DNA of 54,723 nt from a virus (lineage: Duplodnaviria > Caudoviricetes): positions 1 through 54,723 of IMG/VR virus record IMGVR_UViG_3300037423_001046; one strand, written 5' to 3'. Of the stretch, positions 53,430 through 54,723 are shown one piece after another. Both the position numbers and the translations under genes were made by a program. Position 1 is the first letter of the stretch; the number at the start of each line of letters is the position of its first letter. The notes below the pieces were generated by a model. The model was not told the origin of the DNA. It worked only from the letters and a program-made list of their open reading frames with translations, and did not search any database.

Positions 53430-54044
53430 TCAGTTCACAGCGGACAGGAATCCCCGCGGGTCGTCCGGCTTCTTCTTCCCCTGCGACTTCGCCGGCGCCT
53501 TGCGCTCGCGACGCCGCTCGCCCTCGTCCTCCGCCTTGTCCACGTGCTCGACCTCGGCGCGCAACCGCAGCAGCGCCAGGTCGTTGAGCCCCAGCCGGTC
53601 GGACAGCATCCGCGCTTCCTTGCCGGCGGCCAGGTCACCCTGCTCCGCGCGGACCTTCCAGCGCACGTACTGCGCGACCTCGCGGTGAGACCGGTTCTCC
53701 TCCCACAGTTGCGCCTGCGGGAACGACCAGAGCTCCGTCCAGAGCTCCTTCTCCTCGTCCACAGCCTGCTCGATCTGCAGCTTCAGGATCAGCGCGGCAG
53801 GCTCGAGCTTGTCGAGCTCGCGCTTCAGCCGACCGCGCTTCCGCCCGTCGGTCGTCTCCTCGATCTCGACCTGCAACCGGGCGACCCGGTCCTGCATCAG
53901 CTCGAGCGTCGCCGTCTGCTGCACATCGGGACGGAGCGGCCACGGCGGCGCCTCGCCCTCACGACCAGTCAGGACCCGGAAGTCCTTCTTCACGTCGTTG
54001 CGGCGCTGACGCACCGAGGGGTGCTTCGGCGGTGGTCCGGGCAT
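53430..54044 (-). CDS. terS: Terminase small subunit
   Basis: MPGPPPK..RQRRN..P.WPL..LW..PQA.LW..E.R...DRLGL...L.LR. Confidence 0.85.
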   Translation of the reverse strand: MPGPPPKHPSVRQRRNDVKKDFRVLTGREGEAPPWPLRPDVQQTATLELMQDRVARLQVEIEETTDGRKRGRLKRELDKLEPAALILKLQIEQAVDEEKELWTELWSFPQAQLWEENRSHREVAQYVRWKVRAEQGDLAAGKEARMLSDRLGLNDLALLRLRAEVEHVDKAEDEGERRRERKAPAKSQGKKKPDDPRGFLSAVN

Positions 54045-54218
54045 GGCGGTCTCCCTTGACGGGTGTGCGGTGGCGCCCTTGACGGGCTGAAGGGGAGTGC
54101 AACGCGCGGCGCACCGGAGACTCCCACCCACAGTGCGCCGCGCGAAGACGTGCGCGTCACCGGCCCGAACGTCCGGCACGATCACGGCCACATGCGCGCC
54201 CCGTGGCCTTTCGGTAGA

Positions 54219-54572
54219 TCAGGAGCGGGCTCGACGACGAGCCGCTGCCGACTGCCGCTGAGTGCGCAGTCGATGGCACGAGGCACACACCCCGCGCAGA
54301 TTCACCGGCGAGTGGTCATCCCGGTCGCCGATGTGGTCGACCTCCGTCGACACACCCGTGCACGACGCCGGCCCCCGCGACGTCATCCACTCACCGCGGT
54401 ACGCCAGCGTGCACACCGGATCGCGTTCGAGGATCGCAGCGACGATCGACGACCAGTTGCCCGGCAGATGAGACCGCCGGTCCGACGACTCCCACGGCTT
54501 CCGGCCATGCTCCGCGCACGGCACCAAGTTGTCGCAGTGACGATCCGAGCAACGCCGACCAGCACGCGGCAC
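54219..54572 (-). CDS. HNH endonuclease (packaging-associated)
   Basis: ILERDPVC..STEVDHI..DH...NLRGVC.SCH..RT; upstream of terS. Confidence 0.88.
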   Translation of the reverse strand: MPRAGRRCSDRHCDNLVPCAEHGRKPWESSDRRSHLPGNWSSIVAAILERDPVCTLAYRGEWMTSRGPASCTGVSTEVDHIGDRDDHSPVNLRGVCASCHRLRTQRQSAAARRRARS

Positions 54573-54582
54573 CGCGATCGCC

Positions 54583-54723
54583 TCCCAATCGAGGGGTCGC
54601 CAGTAGGCCACCAGCGTGACACCTCACACGAAGTGTGCCACATGAGGTCACAGAAGTACCACCACCGGCACCACCCCCGAACCCGTACAGACCGCAAGAC
54701 GCAGCCCAATACGGTCGGGGTTT
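54583..54723. repeat. Terminal direct repeat, right copy
   Basis: Matches 1-141 with one mismatch. Confidence 0.95.

Overview
The window looks like a complete, circularised ~54.6 kb genome of a high-GC temperate siphovirus of an actinobacterial host (host inferred from gene families only). Bases 1-141 repeat 54583-54723 with one mismatch. Layout: (i) a minus-strand late operon (54.6-28.4 kb) with HNH, terminases, portal, head genes, tail genes with a -1 frameshifting chaperone, tape measure, minor tail genes, a lysis cassette containing an EEP-family phosphodiesterase, and a glycoside-hydrolase-like fibre; (ii) a central attP (3' end of a tRNA, probably His), a tyrosine integrase and a divergent HTH switch; (iii) a minus-strand early/replication operon (24.2-6.2 kb) with DUF2303, RecE/Bet, ASCH, RuvC-like, a DnaA-CTD protein, a split Rep beside a DnaA-box origin, and a Dam-like MTase; (iv) an unusual plus-strand module at 0.4-6.2 kb next to the likely packaging end. 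This module is compositionally distinct and encodes an ArdC-like protein, small unknown proteins and an RHH protein. It is punctuated by two co-oriented repeat families (a CACACCACAC..CAGGGGTAG leader and a CTAGWWGGCAGC box), and two unrelated proteins in it share a 27-aa C-terminal tag. It is the best candidate for an undescribed system. All family calls come from motif recognition by eye; no searches were run.
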